Source: Tubiluchus corallicola
Lineage: Eukaryota > Animalia > Priapulida
NCBI GenBank assembly: GCA_030141605.1
Contig: JAQGDQ010000088.1
Coordinates: 558,001 to 622,000, forward strand
Direction of reading: 5' to 3'
DNA length: 64,000 nucleotides
The notes beneath the pieces were generated by a model. It saw only the letters and a program-made list of their open reading frames with translations. It did not search any database and was not told the DNA's origin. A program made the translations under genes and the position numbers. Positions 62,601-64,000 of this stretch are shown here, in pieces; positions within the stretch are counted from its first letter, which is position 1, and every line of letters starts with the position of its first letter.

Positions 62601-63720
62601 GCATGCGCTCAGCACCGCATTTGCATATAAGGCAAGTGTTTTAGCCAAAATCGAGGCACTCACTGCCCTGCTGAGAGAAGCAGAGAAAAACAAAAACCTG
62701 AAGTAATACAAACTTCCAAGTTGAAGGATAAAATAACTCAAATTGCTACAGTCACATGAACTTGTGACTGAATTAAAGCAAAGATGTGCAAATATTTATC
62801 TGACAAATTGAACAGCCCACTTCATTCTGAAATAGAATGACACAACCTTAAATTAACAATGTGTCATTTTCAACACTCATTTGAAGTTTGCTCTGAATAA
62901 TAAGGTTGAAGTCATGAACTCATCTTGAAATGTTTACTCCTACTATCACTTTATTGTATCTCATTTACGATTAGAAAATAAACTGGTTACTTTCCACATG
63001 CTCAGGGTAACCCAATTTGGTACACATATGCAGAAAAGGACCCAAACTTCATGCCTTCACTATTATTTTAGTGAGGTTAATGTACTGTGGCGAACACAAT
63101 TCATTCCCCTGGACAACAAAAATATTAATAATGCCAAACAGGGCAAACCACATTAGAATAGACATCGATAGAGTCAATTGTATTAAAACTCCCTATGGTA
63201 GTGTTTACAAGTGCTTTGTAGCAGTTTTCTTCTTCCACACCATGCAGGTCAAAAGAAACTGAGCTATAATTAGGTCCATTACACATTACGCATGTCCACA
63301 CAACACTTGTACTGCCCAAACGCTCATAGGTAACATTGCCAACTCCTTGGCAGTAAGCATGGAACCACGTCTCATAACCTTCACACAAAACTCCTGCATC
63401 ATCCCATGTGACCAGGCCTTTACACGAGCCACATAGGTACAAAGTTGAATTAACTTCGTTTAAACAATTGGTCGCTTCCTGTGGACTTGGCCCAGGCCCA
63501 GGGTTCAGCAGAGTTTCAATATCACCAGAGTTTGAGGGAGCACCAAAGAGATGTAATATACCGCTTACTTAAGAGCTCTTGGTGTGGGTTTATTTAACCC
63601 TCTTAATTTGCAATCAGGCTAACTTCATCCAAACCCTGACTTGCTGGGCCTAATCCCATATCCACATCTGATAGGTCTGCTTGTAATATCTCTATTAAGT
63701 ACTATTGCTTAATAAATTTT
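59643..63720 (-). mobile_element. Near-full-length but decayed CR1/L2-group LINE: 2A-like motif, PHD finger, APE endonuclease, RT (core deleted), 3' GAA-rich tail
   Basis: SGDIETLLNPGP (DIETLLNPGP at 63494-63523). PHD YLCGSC...VLCEG.ETWFHAYCQ...WTCVMC (about 63290-63440). APE motifs PDVEFLTETW, GGDGV, DFN...DW, ILDLVIT, SDHDIV (about 61690-62350). RT LNPAKALGLD, QHGF..SC..QL, LQEDLD..W..KWKMEFHPDK, KYLGINI, ESVQRRAARF. Tail GAAGAAAAGAAGAG at about 59645-59658. Many stops and frameshifts. Confidence 0.9.
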
Positions 63721-64000
63721 AGATCTAGTTTATCTCCCAAAATAAACAATGGCTTCATCCCTCAAAAGAGCGCCAAAGGTGCACCTAGTAACAGAATTGC
63801 ATGTCAGAAGCACCATATTTTCAACCCGTATGAAGAACTTGCAGTACACAATTATACAATTGCGAAAGAAGATATATCTGTAAGGTGTAATTAAACATCG
63901 AGAATTACTTTCAATGTATACGAAAACTAAAACGTACCGCGGTGTTATCACAGTACAACAGTGAATCATTAAATTTTATGCAGCATTGTGAAAATCCTAA

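Noticed and set aside
1-64000. Prokaryotic systems (CRISPR array, operons, defence islands, rRNA/tRNA genes)
   Set aside because: The sequence is spliced eukaryotic DNA. Tandem repeats have only 2 copies and no unique spacers, and no rRNA or cloverleaf tRNA was recognised.

Overview
This is AT-rich, intron-rich eukaryotic (invertebrate animal) genomic DNA, not prokaryotic. I found no CRISPR arrays, rRNA, tRNA or operons, and most ORF-track entries are spurious. Four spliced genes can be rebuilt by hand with phase-consistent GT-AG junctions: (1) the 5' part of cathepsin Z (minus strand, 3 exons, running off the left edge); (2) complete TMEM164 (minus, 6 coding exons, 298 aa); (3) complete CLNS1A/pICln (plus, 6 coding exons, 226 aa), apparently head-to-head with TMEM164; (4) an ENOX1/2-family RRM gene (minus, 13 coding exons, about 642 aa), tail-to-tail with CLNS1A. 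Introns and intergenic DNA are packed with decayed retroelements (CR1/L2-group LINEs, RTE-like LINEs, a Ty3/Gypsy remnant, SINE-like pieces) and non-autonomous DNA transposons (piggyBac-, Kolobok-, pogo/Tigger- and hAT-like). The best leads are: a variant 2A ribosome-skipping motif (DIETLLNPGP) ahead of a PHD finger in a LINE; a candidate 48-nt poison exon in ENOX that would give TAG-TGA-TAA; an 18-aa insertion in the ENOX RRM whose internal repeat differs only at synonymous sites; and a degenerate Penelope-type minimal hammerhead motif. I see no firm evidence of a wholly new system. Homology calls rest on recalled family motifs, not database searches.
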